This document shows, one piece after another, positions 1 to 9,100 of a stretch of DNA of 20,000 bases (the stretch's first letter is position 1; each line of letters starts with the position of its first letter). The notes below the pieces were generated by a model. That model was not told the DNA's origin and did no database searches. It saw nothing but the letters and a program-made list of their open reading frames with translations. A program made the position numbers and the translations under genes. Origin of the DNA: an uncultured virus (IMG/VR IMGVR_UViG_3300004805_000005) (Duplodnaviria; Heunggongvirae; Uroviricota; Caudoviricetes); IMG/VR virus record IMGVR_UViG_3300004805_000005; one strand, 5' to 3'.

Positions 1-1665
1 ACAGTAGGTACTAGCTCCAGTCATCTTATCGAAGATGACTTTAGCGATACCATGTGGTTCCGCAGGAGAAGATCCGATAACATCTGTGGTAAAAGATCCA
101 AGAACATTTCTTTCTCCGCATACAACGCGAACATACTTGAGAGGGTCTTGGGTCTGAGCATCGTACCAACGTCCGCTGAACTGCGAGATGTAGGGATTTA
201 CAAATACCTTCATAGCATTTGAAACCTTATTCACCTTCTCTTCAAGGAAGAAGTTCAGGGGAGCACCACCAGCTTGATTCTGAATTGTGCGGGTTGCATC
301 AAACGAACCGAGATAAGCTTCATATAGAACCTTATCAAGAACACGCTCGTTGTCATTATAGACGGAAGGACGAACTTTGAATACTGCTAGAGCAATGCTA
401 TCACCAAACCCACCCTTGCCAACATTAGCAAAATCGAAATCGGGAAGACTCTCTACGATTTCAGATACACTACCAGAATGTTGATAATATGAACCAGTCA
501 TGGAAAATGCCAGCGACTGTGGATTTAATGTCATCCATTCATTGTTATCAGAGGTCTGATTAAATGTCTTGGCTTTTGCAATTGAATCGAAGTTCGACCC
601 CTTGTCCATCTTACTATTATCAGCGATTGCGACATAGTAACCAGCGAATCTCTCATCAATTGTACTCTTCAACTCGTTTACCACAATCATGGCACCATAA
701 CCAACACCACCAGCGGCTGTTATCATATTAGTATTCAATGTAGTAGGAACAGTAGACTTCCACTGAATTCCACCCTGTAACCACTGCATATATGTATCTT
801 CATCGATTGTTATATGGGTAGGTTCACCAAGATAAAAGTTAGTTGCGTTAGAAGTACTAGCTCCCGTAATAGCAGAACCATTTATTCCACAAGTCCGAAG
901 TTCACCACTTAAAATACCAGCACCAAACGTAACACCAACATTGCTAGAACTCAATAGAGCGTAATATACTGGGCCTAATACATTTTCATCATAAGTAGTA
1001 ACGGCCTTTAATTCACCATAGAAGTTGGTTGCGGTTATTGGTGCGCCAGAAAGCGTAGTACTTCCAGCAAACACACCTAATCCAGCAACAATTCCGCCGG
1101 TTATCGGAAAGCTGATTGAAACCTTCGTACCAGATATTACTCCGTTGTATGAAAACTGAGTAAAAGCAGAAACCGCTAACTTGGCACTATTGAATCCAGA
1201 TGTACCGCTAAGGACAGCAAAATCATTAGTTGTAGTAACCTGTAATCCAGTCTCAGATGCGACTAAAGTATAAAACTTTTCAGTGGATAGATATAAACCA
1301 CTAGTAGTACCGTAAGTTGTGCAAGGAGAATTCATATCTACGGGGATATAAGGATATATCAAAGCACTATACTTGGTTGTATAACCTTCGCCATCGCCAG
1401 AACCATAAGGCACACGGGTAACCAAAAGATTACCGTTTACATTTAGAATCTGACGAGCCGTCTGATACATATATCGTTCAGCGGCGTTTTCGGGCATACC
1501 GTAAATCTGCTCCAGTTCTTCGGCACTCGTAACGTTTAACAGTTCGTCAGTTGGGCCTTGCTTTGCATAGCCAATAACTAACGAAGTGGTGCCATTTGGC
1601 AGTTCGGTGTTAAAACTTAAATCTACTTCACGTATTTCTACGCCGGGACTTTCAATTGTACGCAT
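1..1665 (-). CDS. Tail sheath protein (T4 gp18-like), N-terminal 555 codons; continues beyond the window edge
   Basis: Not in the ORF track because no stop lies inside the window. Manual translation from ATG at 1665: MRTIESPGVEIREVDLSFNTELPNGTTSLVIGYAKQGPTDELLNVTSAEELEQIYGMP...; SPGVEIRExD and GP...FG/YG-P are typical of sheath N-termini. AAGGAG SD and TATAAATA lie upstream. Confidence 0.92.
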   Translation of the reverse strand, partial: MRTIESPGVEIREVDLSFNTELPNGTTSLVIGYAKQGPTDELLNVTSAEELEQIYGMPENAAERYMYQTARQILNVNGNLLVTRVPYGSGDGEGYTTKYSALIYPYIPVDMNSPCTTYGTTSGLYLSTEKFYTLVASETGLQVTTTNDFAVLSGTSGFNSAKLAVSAFTQFSYNGVISGTKVSISFPITGGIVAGLGVFAGSTTLSGAPITATNFYGELKAVTTYDENVLGPVYYALLSSSNVGVTFGAGILSGELRTCGINGSAITGASTSNATNFYLGEPTHITIDEDTYMQWLQGGIQWKSTVPTTLNTNMITAAGGVGYGAMIVVNELKSTIDERFAGYYVAIADNSKMDKGSNFDSIAKAKTFNQTSDNNEWMTLNPQSLAFSMTGSYYQHSGSVSEIVESLPDFDFANVGKGGFGDSIALAVFKVRPSVYNDNERVLDKVLYEAYLGSFDATRTIQNQAGGAPLNFFLEEKVNKVSNAMKVFVNPYISQFSGRWYDAQTQDPLKYVRVVCGERNVLGSFTTDVIGSSPAEPHGIAKVIFDKMTGASTYC

Positions 1666-1693
1666 AATGTTCTCCTTAAGATAAATCTATATC

Positions 1694-1707
1694 TATAACT
1701 ATTTATA
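1694..1707 (-). promoter_or_regulatory. T4-type late promoter TATAAATA(GTTATA) for the tail sheath gene
   Basis: Exact T4 late consensus TATAAATA on the minus strand at 1700-1707, intergenic, upstream of the SD and ATG. Confidence 0.8.
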
Positions 1708-1726
1708 GTATTTCAGGTCATTTTTT

Positions 1727-2326
1727 TCAGATCAATTGCATATCTAGCTGATTAAATATAAATTCAAACGAACACTCAATTTCTTCTGGATCTCTGTAAC
1801 TATATTCATAACTTCCAAGTTTTGTGACAAAACAACTGGTAAAAGTAAACTCAACTTTTTTATTGTTATATTCATCTAAGGCAAATACTGTTATAGGTGT
1901 AGTATAGTCATATAACGTCTTTGGCATTTGTTCAGGATATTCACCAGCTTTAAATATATTAGGTCCACCATAGGTGCTTGCTAGTGGATCGTTCAATAGT
2001 TGTAACCATTTCCATATTAACCAATAATTTTTGAATTCATTATCAACGGAGAATTTAACAGTAACTGGTTCATATGCAGGACGATCAAACGAGGTTACAT
2101 TATAATTTTGCCCAGAATAATGTAATTGATTCGCATTTACTTGGATTGTTGGTATATTGATACTGTAAATAGAAAACTGCATACTATCTAAATTTATGAA
2201 TTTGTTTTCTCTGACACTTTTTGAATTTATTGTCTTCAAAATGTTAGGAATCGTAAGGATAAGTTGGAATTTATCCTTACGAGCTTTATTCAGGGATGCT
2301 TGAATTATGTTATTTTGGTCAGACAT
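1727..2326 (-). CDS. Tail tube terminator / tail completion protein (T4 gp3-like)
   Basis: YEPVTVKFSVDNEFKNYWLIWKWL and ITVFALDEYNNKKVEFTFTSCFVTKLGSYEYSY..DPEEIEC resemble T4 gp3 as recalled (YDPLIVRFIVDEELKSW..., ITLYILD...VSDLSEVEFSY); tail-tube fold; adjacent to the sheath gene. Confidence 0.72.
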   Translation of the reverse strand: MSDQNNIIQASLNKARKDKFQLILTIPNILKTINSKSVRENKFINLDSMQFSIYSINIPTIQVNANQLHYSGQNYNVTSFDRPAYEPVTVKFSVDNEFKNYWLIWKWLQLLNDPLASTYGGPNIFKAGEYPEQMPKTLYDYTTPITVFALDEYNNKKVEFTFTSCFVTKLGSYEYSYRDPEEIECSFEFIFNQLDMQLI

Positions 2327-2329
2327 CTG

Positions 2330-2746
2330 TTACCCCAAATCAGTTGGACCTGCGTGTACTTCATCTGTATTATCAGATTCCATGCCATCCATATCTGCCG
2401 ATTCTGGTTCTGCTCCATCGTATTCACTTAAATATTTCTCTAATGCTTGATATAATCCAGTCTCGTCCCCTTCAAGAGTAGACAACAAATCACTAACCGA
2501 CATGCTTAGAATCTGATTACTGAAAGATTCATGATCTTCGGTCACTACCGATTCTTTAATCTTCTTCTTTTTGCCCTTGAGCCAAGGTGGAAGACTCTTC
2601 TTTTTCTTTCCGCCTTTCTTTTCATCCTTCTTGTCTTCGTCCTTGTCTTCTTTCTTATTCTTAAGCCAAGGTGGCAAACCTTTCTTTTTTTCTGTTATAA
2701 GCGATTCCATATACGCACCAAAAATCTTATCTTCGTCAATTCTCAT
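2330..2746 (-). CDS. Hypothetical highly charged protein, probable head-internal/core protein
   Basis: AGGAGA SD; N-terminal AYxxxLxxE leader; duplicated Lys-rich LPPWLK motif; acidic C-terminus. Confidence 0.6.
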   Translation of the reverse strand: MRIDEDKIFGAYMESLITEKKKGLPPWLKNKKEDKDEDKKDEKKGGKKKKSLPPWLKGKKKKIKESVVTEDHESFSNQILSMSVSDLLSTLEGDETGLYQALEKYLSEYDGAEPESADMDGMESDNTDEVHAGPTDLG

Positions 2747-2757
2747 AATGTATTCTC

Positions 2758-3084
2758 CTATTTAAACTGCAATCTTTTCTTTATATTTTCTAATGCAGTA
2801 TTTATTTCAGAATACTTACTAGCATCAAAGTTCATTTTATCTAAATCTTCTTCCAACTCAGTAATATATGAGGTTATATTGTTTTTGAATTGTTCAATCT
2901 TGGTCATTCTATATGTAGTTTTAGTCGCTTGTGCGGTGTCCTTGAGTCCTTTAACGAAAGCCTGGCCACCAGCTTTAGCGGCTTGTCCAGCAGCTTTTAT
3001 ATTATCGAATATTCCTTCATTTACATTCTGTTCTTTAAGTACACTGTAATATGCGTTTTGTAGATCTAGTTTATCGTTATTCAT
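2758..3084 (-). CDS. Hypothetical protein, probable virion-internal protein; paralog of 3084..3785
   Basis: Start overlaps the upstream stop; leader DLQNAYYSVLKE...NEGIFDNIKA. Confidence 0.65.
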   Translation of the reverse strand: MNNDKLDLQNAYYSVLKEQNVNEGIFDNIKAAGQAAKAGGQAFVKGLKDTAQATKTTYRMTKIEQFKNNITSYITELEEDLDKMNFDASKYSEINTALENIKKRLQFK

Positions 3085-3785
3085 TACATTCCTTCTCTTA
3101 TAATTTGAGCGTTAGTTTGTTTACAAAAGTTTTTAAAACTTGAACATGCTTCTGGCAAGTTATCATATGGAGCATCTTTCCTTCTTTTTGATAACATTCT
3201 TTCTTTGATTTTGTCTCTATATCTCTTAGATCTTAATGCCTTTAGTTTCTTTTTTCTATCTTCTTTTCGAAGTTGTTCTCTGGTATTCTTTTTAGGTGCT
3301 GGTGCTGATACTTTAGGTGCTGGTGCTGATACTTTAGGTGCTGGTGCTGGTGCTGATACTTTAGATAATGGTGGAGGTTGAGACATATTTGGTGGTGTAT
3401 TGGCTGATGGTGGAGTTATTTTACGCAAACCACTAATCAACTTATTAAGATTTTGTAGAATATCGGCTATGTTTGGATCTTCTTTAGATGCATTCTGAAG
3501 ATCGTCGGAAATATTGTTCATCTCTGTATTGGCCTTTTCTATGAAATCATTTATTCTAGTAGAAAATGCCTGTGTGTTAGCCGCTTTCCCAACATCACCA
3601 GAACCAGCTACAAAAGTTCCTTTTATACCAGAACTCCCCTTTTCGCCTGACCACATGTTTTTAAATCCGGCCCCTATTTGTTTAGCTCCGGCTTTAAGTC
3701 CTTGGGCATTGGCTTTAAATCGGTCAAACATACCCTCTTCGAGTATTTTTGTATAAATATCTTCAAGATCTTTGTTTTTATTCAT
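3084..3785 (-). CDS. Hypothetical protein with Pro/Ala-rich linker and basic C-terminus, probable virion-internal protein
   Basis: Leader DLEDIYTKILEEGMFDRFKA; KVSAPAP repeats; AGGA SD and late-type motif upstream. Confidence 0.65.
   Translation of the reverse strand: MNKNKDLEDIYTKILEEGMFDRFKANAQGLKAGAKQIGAGFKNMWSGEKGSSGIKGTFVAGSGDVGKAANTQAFSTRINDFIEKANTEMNNISDDLQNASKEDPNIADILQNLNKLISGLRKITPPSANTPPNMSQPPPLSKVSAPAPAPKVSAPAPKVSAPAPKKNTREQLRKEDRKKKLKALRSKRYRDKIKERMLSKRRKDAPYDNLPEACSSFKNFCKQTNAQIIREGM
3291..3364. repeat. Coding tandem repeat, 21-nt unit TTTAGGTGCTGGTGCTGATAC (two exact units, one 27-nt expanded unit, one partial)
   Basis: Read directly; encodes KVSAPAP(AP) repeats on the minus strand. 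Confidence 0.9.
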
Positions 3786-3796
3786 ATTATATATCC

Positions 3797-3808
3797 TACA
3801 ATTATTTA
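3797..3808 (-). promoter_or_regulatory. Late-promoter-like motif TAAATAATTGTA
   Basis: Identical 12-mer to the one upstream of the terminase (12852-12863); intergenic, just upstream of the ATG at 3785. Confidence 0.6.
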
Positions 3809-3818
3809 TGATTTTCTT

Positions 3819-4391
3819 CTATGTTTTTGGCGATCTTGCAATTATAAGATTTCCTTTGCGGATTACATCATTAAAACACCTTTGAATTTCTAGTATATAT
3901 TCTTCCGTTTTCTTATAGTTTTGCCAACCCATAGAAGTTTCTCTGCCTATTCCATCACCAGCAACTTTTCCTTTATTAGTATATCCCTCAAAGATCAAGA
4001 AATATGCTATTCCATCAGATTTTATAGACTTCATTGCTTGTTGAATTACTCTTTCCCTTATACTAGACTCTTTAATTACATTCAAAACATTATTAACCGT
4101 AGCCGTATCTGTTGGATTTTTATCGATATTCTGCTGTGATATTTTATTATGCTCATTAGATCTATTAAATTTATCAATAACAATATTAGTTATACCTATA
4201 CTATTTAAATATTCTGTAGCAATATCATATCTACCTCCACCAATATCAACATTTCGAGTTCCAGATTTAAATAGATTTGGAATCTTGAACACAGAAGCTA
4301 TTTGAGGCCTAGACGTTTTTTCAGAACTATATTCTTGATTTATATTCTCTGTTAGATATATTGATTTTATATTTTCGATATCTGTATTCAT
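3819..4391 (-). CDS. Class I SAM-dependent methyltransferase
   Basis: Motif I NVDIGGGRYD, acidic residue after beta2 (VIDKFN), DTATVNNVLNVI, and LKxxG-like MKSIKSDGIAYF. Substrate unknown. Confidence 0.78.
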   Translation of the reverse strand: MNTDIENIKSIYLTENINQEYSSEKTSRPQIASVFKIPNLFKSGTRNVDIGGGRYDIATEYLNSIGITNIVIDKFNRSNEHNKISQQNIDKNPTDTATVNNVLNVIKESSIRERVIQQAMKSIKSDGIAYFLIFEGYTNKGKVAGDGIGRETSMGWQNYKKTEEYILEIQRCFNDVIRKGNLIIARSPKT

Positions 4392-4393
4392 AT

Positions 4394-4405
4394 TAATAAT
4401 ATTTA
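4394..4405 (-). promoter_or_regulatory. Late-promoter-like motif TAAATATTATTA directly before the methyltransferase ATG
   Basis: Fits TAARTA-N4-TA; only 2 nt separate it from the ATG. Confidence 0.5.
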
Positions 4406-4413
4406 GTTAACTC

Positions 4414-4441
4414 TTGACCTTTTGTATATATATGATATCAT
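4414..4441 (+). promoter_or_regulatory. Sigma70-like promoter TTGACC-16-(TGn)TATCAT
   Basis: -35 and extended -10 match in the divergent intergenic region; same CTTGAC...TGnTA pattern as at 6343 and 17111. Confidence 0.5.
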
Positions 4442-4478
4442 GTTGACATGCATATTAAACCAGATAAATATGGATATT

Positions 4479-4796
4479 ATGAATAAACTACTACAGTTCT
4501 TGTTAAGACTATTCCGAATTGGATTAATATATAGAGGAATGTACGCCATTCATAGTGGAGATAAAATAGGTGCCTTCTTTGTTTATGTAAAAGAAGAAAA
4601 CCAAGGTAATTGTTATGCTATTCTAACAATGCCAAATCCAATGGAAGCTCTATATGTAAAGGTTTCAGAAATAAAATTCGACTTAAAATATGGTAATATA
4701 AAGTTAGTTAGGCGAATTCCGATAGATGTATACGAAGTGTGCAAAGTAAATTTTCAATATTACGCAAAAAAGTCAGGAATATATGTCGGTCGATAA
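4479..4796 (+). CDS. Hypothetical protein; likely start ATG 4479 (or 4470) rather than TTG 4422
   Basis: ORF overlaps the RNase H start; the upstream extension runs through promoter-like sequence; TAAATATGGATA motif at 4465-4476. Confidence 0.65.
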   Translation: MNKLLQFLLRLFRIGLIYRGMYAIHSGDKIGAFFVYVKEENQGNCYAILTMPNPMEALYVKVSEIKFDLKYGNIKLVRRIPIDVYEVCKVNFQYYAKKSGIYVGR

Positions 4797-5685
4797 TTTA
4801 ATAATTGACGGAACAAACCTAGAGTTTAAGGTGTTTTATGTTACTAGATCACCTAATGAGACTACTGAATCAGAACACCCAGATGAACAATATAATTGTA
4901 CCATAAAATATCTACAAATGTTCCATAGACTAGTAGAAAAATTCAATCCTACCAATATCTACGCTTCTTGGGACAAACGACTAAGCTATAATTCAACTAA
5001 TTTCAGAAAAATCATGATGGATGGCCAGTATAAAGCTGGACACTCAAAACCGCCTGAAATTCAAGAAATGTATGATCAAGAAATAAAGCTTATTGAGATA
5101 TTAGAAACGTTGGGCGTTAAGAACATATATCCCAATGTACTAGAAGCAGATGATGTGTGTGCTTGGTTGGCTCATACGTTAACAGGCACAAATATGGTGG
5201 TATCGGGAGATCAAGATCTTCTACAGCTAATAACCCCAAAAACATCTGTATATAACACAAAAGATATAATAACATATGATAACTTTGAAGCTAAGAAAGG
5301 AATCAAACCAGAGAACTTCACATTATTTAAAGCCATTAAAGGAGATACATCAGACAATATAAAGGGGTTAGAAGGATATGGTGAGGTTCGATCCCGAAAA
5401 CTGGCATCAAACTGGAACGAATCAACCCTAACTGAAGAGTATAATAATATTATATTACGAAATATTAAGTTAATGGATTTGAGATATGGTTATAATCATC
5501 AAGAAGGGGAGAGGCAGAAATATGAAGAACAATTTAAATATACTAATACTATAAAGGGAGATTTCAATAAGTTTCTAGCCCTGTGTACTAAATATGAATT
5601 TATGTCTATAATTAAAGATCATTCCAAGTGGAAACGGATAATAAATCGAAATAATATTATAGATTTTATAGCTAAGTTAAGCTAA
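4783..5685 (+). CDS. rnh: RNase H / 5'-3' exonuclease (T4 Rnh, FEN1/PIN family)
   Basis: IIDGTN, WD...NFRK...YKAG, EADD, VSGDQDLLQL, and H3TH motif KAIKGDTSDNIKGLEGYG; AGGAA SD. Confidence 0.9.
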   Translation: MSVDNLIIDGTNLEFKVFYVTRSPNETTESEHPDEQYNCTIKYLQMFHRLVEKFNPTNIYASWDKRLSYNSTNFRKIMMDGQYKAGHSKPPEIQEMYDQEIKLIEILETLGVKNIYPNVLEADDVCAWLAHTLTGTNMVVSGDQDLLQLITPKTSVYNTKDIITYDNFEAKKGIKPENFTLFKAIKGDTSDNIKGLEGYGEVRSRKLASNWNESTLTEEYNNIILRNIKLMDLRYGYNHQEGERQKYEEQFKYTNTIKGDFNKFLALCTKYEFMSIIKDHSKWKRIINRNNIIDFIAKLS

Positions 5686-5694
5686 ATAGTTATA
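5683..5694 (+). promoter_or_regulatory. Late-promoter-like motif TAAATAGTTATA
   Basis: Identical 12-mer to the sheath promoter; followed by AAGGA SD and ATG 5711. Confidence 0.65.
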
Positions 5695-5710
5695 CAACAA
5701 GGAATAATAT

Positions 5711-5911
5711 ATGTCAGATCAAGTTCATCAATTAACTCAATTATCATGTAATATGTGTGGCCAGAGCGGAGTCATTCCTCGCACAGAAACATACTTCGAT
5801 AGGTTCGCACAAGAAACTATCACAGAAGCGGTATGGCAATGCTCTCGCTGTGGCTCACGCTTTAGCTCTGGTATTGTATCTCGCGTAAAAGAAACAAATG
5901 AAAAAGAATAA
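5711..5911 (+). CDS. Small zinc-ribbon protein
   Basis: CNMC...CSRC pairs; good SD. Confidence 0.7.
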   Translation: MSDQVHQLTQLSCNMCGQSGVIPRTETYFDRFAQETITEAVWQCSRCGSRFSSGIVSRVKETNEKE

Positions 5912-6365
5912 ATCCGAAATATTGGATAGTATCATAACCGAAGCTATGGACGCTGGTGGCACCTTATTTGGTGGAGCGGCTTATGGTGGTTCTGGTACAT
6001 TCTCATATTCCCAGCAAGCTGGTGCAAAAACATGGGCACCAAAAAGCTCATCTATGCGATCCACTACAGCTGATCCTCATGGATACAATGTCAAGGATAT
6101 TGGAGATGAAGAACATGAATTTCACCACCAAGCCCCCAAGAAACGTCCATTTCCGCTTGAGACTATTAATGATTTTCTAGCACAAGCTTATATTGATTTG
6201 ACTAATGCCGAAATACAGCTAAGAACATGCAAAAAATATAATGCTATTTTAGATACGAACATGGAAAAGAAAGCGTTACTAAAAAATATACATAAAAAAA
6301 CCATAGCTATGAAAAGAATGATAAGAAGTATGGCGGAAGATCTTGACAGAATATCGTTTTCGTGA
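5898..6365 (+). CDS. Hypothetical protein, possible head-internal protein
   Basis: 155-aa ORF overlapping the upstream gene; leader ILDSIITE followed by a Gly-rich segment and a helical C-terminus. Confidence 0.65.
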   Translation: MKKNKSEILDSIITEAMDAGGTLFGGAAYGGSGTFSYSQQAGAKTWAPKSSSMRSTTADPHGYNVKDIGDEEHEFHHQAPKKRPFPLETINDFLAQAYIDLTNAEIQLRTCKKYNAILDTNMEKKALLKNIHKKTIAMKRMIRSMAEDLDRISFS

Positions 6366-6371
6366 TAAGAT
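6343..6371 (+). promoter_or_regulatory. Sigma70-like promoter TTGACA-17-(TGn)TAAGAT
   Basis: Perfect -35, 17-nt spacer, extended -10; in-frame ATG at 6379 lies 7 nt downstream. Confidence 0.7.
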
Positions 6372-6378
6372 ACTAACT

Positions 6379-6621
6379 ATGGATACTCTAAGAGAAAAGA
6401 AAGAAATACGTGGACTAAATGTTACCTGCTTTAAACAAAGCGGTGTTAATATAATGTGCAAGATAAACATAACCCCCAGCGATGCTGATGAGTTGTGCGA
6501 AAGAACAAAATCAGGACTCTTTAAAAACAAAGAATTCCATGATAGATTCATTAATATGATAGTTACTAGACTAGATACTCTGTTACGAGAAGAAAAGGAA
6601 AAATTAAATGCCACAAAATAA
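6379..6621 (+). CDS. Hypothetical protein; likely start ATG 6379
   Basis: The track's TTG start at 6343 is the -35 hexamer and overlaps the upstream gene; MDTLREKK... is the more plausible start. Confidence 0.6.
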   Translation: MDTLREKKEIRGLNVTCFKQSGVNIMCKINITPSDADELCERTKSGLFKNKEFHDRFINMIVTRLDTLLREEKEKLNATK

Positions 6622-7096
6622 TATGGTGATGATGCTTTTAAAATCTATAACAATAATATTGTTTGTCGCATTGGTAATAGGTAGTGGTGTTGGATTTATT
6701 GTTGGAAGTTTACTATCTGGTATTGTCATGTTTATTATCACTATCGTTGCTCAGTTTGCTGGGAATTCGATAATCATGTCTCTGGCAGATCGTAAAAACA
6801 AAGAAACCGAATTTCTTGCACAACAAGTTCTACAAGAAGCAGCCGAAAGACAACTTCCATATGATTTAAATTGCGCCTACTGTAATAAATTAAATCGTGT
6901 TGGTGTATCATTTGTATACGAGAACTCCTTTACATGTTCTCAATGTAACCAACCTAATAAAGTATATATCCAATTTTCTACTGTAAGAATAACTACTCCC
7001 CTAAACCAGAAAGATACAAACATAATTGATATAGAAGAAGATAGCGGAGTAGTCCAATCAACCATAAATGAACCAATTATAGTTAACCAAAAATGA
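6608..7096 (+). CDS. Membrane protein with two N-terminal TM helices and a zinc ribbon
   Basis: Two hydrophobic stretches in residues ~10-55; CAYC...CSQC. Confidence 0.72.
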   Translation: MPQNNMVMMLLKSITIILFVALVIGSGVGFIVGSLLSGIVMFIITIVAQFAGNSIIMSLADRKNKETEFLAQQVLQEAAERQLPYDLNCAYCNKLNRVGVSFVYENSFTCSQCNQPNKVYIQFSTVRITTPLNQKDTNIIDIEEDSGVVQSTINEPIIVNQK

Positions 7097-7548
7097 ACAA
7101 CGAAGAAACACTAAAAAACGAACTCAAAGAGTTAATGACAGATATACCATCGTCAACTATTCCTTTATCTAAACCAGATATTCCGATTACAGAAATCCCA
7201 ATAGATATAAACGTATATAATCAGCTTATGTGGGAAAATAAATCAAATAGATTATTAACTGATTATAAGTATGGAGAGAATCTTGCTAGATATGGAGAAA
7301 ACAAAATATCAAACAAGGCATTCTTTGATAGATTCGCCAATTCATTCTGTGCGATCATATCTAACGAATTTCAAAAACGCGGAGTTGGTTCTGAAAGTTT
7401 AAAACCACACTATGCCATTTTGGAATCTTGTCTTTCTTTAATAGCAAAAGAAATAGACAAAAATGAGTTGAAAGACCAAGAACCATATGCTATAATATCA
7501 GCGTTACACGGATTCATAACTAACTATAATCAGAAGAAAAGAAATTAA
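7093..7548 (+). CDS. Hypothetical protein
   Basis: ATGA overlap with the upstream gene; 151 aa. Confidence 0.7.
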   Translation: MNNEETLKNELKELMTDIPSSTIPLSKPDIPITEIPIDINVYNQLMWENKSNRLLTDYKYGENLARYGENKISNKAFFDRFANSFCAIISNEFQKRGVGSESLKPHYAILESCLSLIAKEIDKNELKDQEPYAIISALHGFITNYNQKKRN

Positions 7549-7839
7549 ATGGATAGGACATTGATTGACGGAATGACAATATTTGAACAAGCTCGTTGGT
7601 ACTCGCTCATAGAGTGCATTAACATGGTAGCAGACGAATGTGAAAAGAGAAAAAAGAAATTCAAAAAGATGCGGATTTCTCCCATAGATATTAAAGATTA
7701 TATAGAAAGTACTTGTGATATATATGCTAGTAAAATAAAAAAAGAAGTAGAAGATAACAAAGAAAAAGATATATCATTAAACTTATATAATTTATCTATC
7801 AAAGTAGGGGTTCCATCTATTCAAGAAGTCACCGTATGA
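7549..7839 (+). CDS. Hypothetical protein
   Basis: Abuts the upstream stop (TAA ATG); 96 aa. Confidence 0.7.
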   Translation: MDRTLIDGMTIFEQARWYSLIECINMVADECEKRKKKFKKMRISPIDIKDYIESTCDIYASKIKKEVEDNKEKDISLNLYNLSIKVGVPSIQEVTV

Positions 7840-8213
7840 TTTACATAACTGGGCATAAATTCATAGCCAATACTACCCCAAAAGCAGAACCAAAAGTAGT
7901 TTCAGTACAGGAAAAAATTGCACTAGCTAGACGATCTTTATCCCAGCCAAAAATATCTTCATTGTTTGATACTAGGTTTCTTGTTGGAAATACATATGAG
8001 ATATCTAGAATTCAAAAAATAGTAGAGAATAATGAATCCAAGGTAAAATATATGTTTAGAAATATATATAATCAGCTAGAAGATATAGATATAGTATTTC
8101 CTTCAGTACAGGATGCAGAAAATTATATAGCTGCCTTATCTGGTAGAATACAGGAACTCAATGGAGTTCGGGATTCGATTACTGCTTTATACGAAACTTC
8201 TACGGATATCTAA
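7836..8213 (+). CDS. Hypothetical protein
   Basis: ATGA overlap with the upstream gene; 125 aa; convergent 4-nt overlap with the neck gene. Confidence 0.7.
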   Translation: MIYITGHKFIANTTPKAEPKVVSVQEKIALARRSLSQPKISSLFDTRFLVGNTYEISRIQKIVENNESKVKYMFRNIYNQLEDIDIVFPSVQDAENYIAALSGRIQELNGVRDSITALYETSTDI

Positions 8214-9100
8214 TATTTTCCATAAATCGATGTATTGCTATCAGAGTGCTTTTCATAATCCCAGATACGATCTGATTCTTTTTCAACATTCTGATCATAT
8301 TTCTTTAGATTTTCTGGAAAGTTGGTTCCAGCGGAAAGTTTACCATACATCGTTTCGTCAGATACTTGATAGCTTCCTGGTTCTCGTGGAGCATCTGGTT
8401 GATAACTATAGTCGAATCTCTTAGCATGTAGAATCCATACATAATGGCCCTGTAACATATTGAAGTTCATAGTCATATTTTCGTCACGTTTTTCTGTTAT
8501 CTCATATATAGATGCACCACGTACTAATTTTTCAAAAGTAGCTACATCATTATAAGATGAATAGAAATTAGTATCTGTCTTGCAATTAAAGGTACTCACA
8601 CCCGCAACTAATCCATCATCACATATCATTTTTAGAGGATCATTAGCAGCTAATCCAGAACAAGTGCTAGTTTCACTTACTAATAGATTTAAATCATCAA
8701 CACTTCCCGGACGATCCCAGCCTAGTTCTGTTAAACGAACTAGATCACCTGCTTTTGGTTCTACTGTATTGCTATTGAATGCAGCCCTAAATGCCAATAT
8801 TGGAACGATAAATGTTACGTCAGCATCAGTACGAATTCCAAACTTTGCCAACAGAAGAGAATCATTATTGAACTGAGCCATCATAAGCATTGGTTTAGGC
8901 CCAACGAAAGGAGCTAATGGCTGTTCCCCATAAAAGGAATCATGAGCACTAAGACTATAATCATACACATAATAATCAATATATGTACCATATAATTGAT
9001 TTAACTCGTTCCACCAACTCTGAAACAATCTTCTTTCATTTTCATTAGTTGATTTACGATTAAGTCTTAATCCTGTAGGTGTTCCGGTTCCGCACTTCAT
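8210..9100 (-). CDS. Neck protein (T4 gp14-like)
   Basis: ELNQLYGTYIDYY...DSFYGEQP...F, LAKFGIRTDADVTF, EPKAGDLV, YEI...KRFDYS resemble gp14 as recalled (DLIFGED..., SNFG...DEVT, EPKEGDLI, FEI...KFIYS). Confidence 0.78.
   Translation of the reverse strand: MKCGTGTPTGLRLNRKSTNENERRLFQSWWNELNQLYGTYIDYYVYDYSLSAHDSFYGEQPLAPFVGPKPMLMMAQFNNDSLLLAKFGIRTDADVTFIVPILAFRAAFNSNTVEPKAGDLVRLTELGWDRPGSVDDLNLLVSETSTCSGLAANDPLKMICDDGLVAGVSTFNCKTDTNFYSSYNDVATFEKLVRGASIYEITEKRDENMTMNFNMLQGHYVWILHAKRFDYSYQPDAPREPGSYQVSDETMYGKLSAGTNFPENLKKYDQNVEKESDRIWDYEKHSDSNTSIYGKY

Noticed and set aside
3291..3364. Short repeats as a CRISPR array
   Set aside because: Units are directly adjacent with no spacers and encode an in-frame Pro/Ala linker.
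6608..7096. Holin or spanin call for the two-TM protein
   Set aside because: No adjacent lysis genes or lipobox; it carries a zinc ribbon and lies behind a sigma70-type promoter, so the function is left unassigned.
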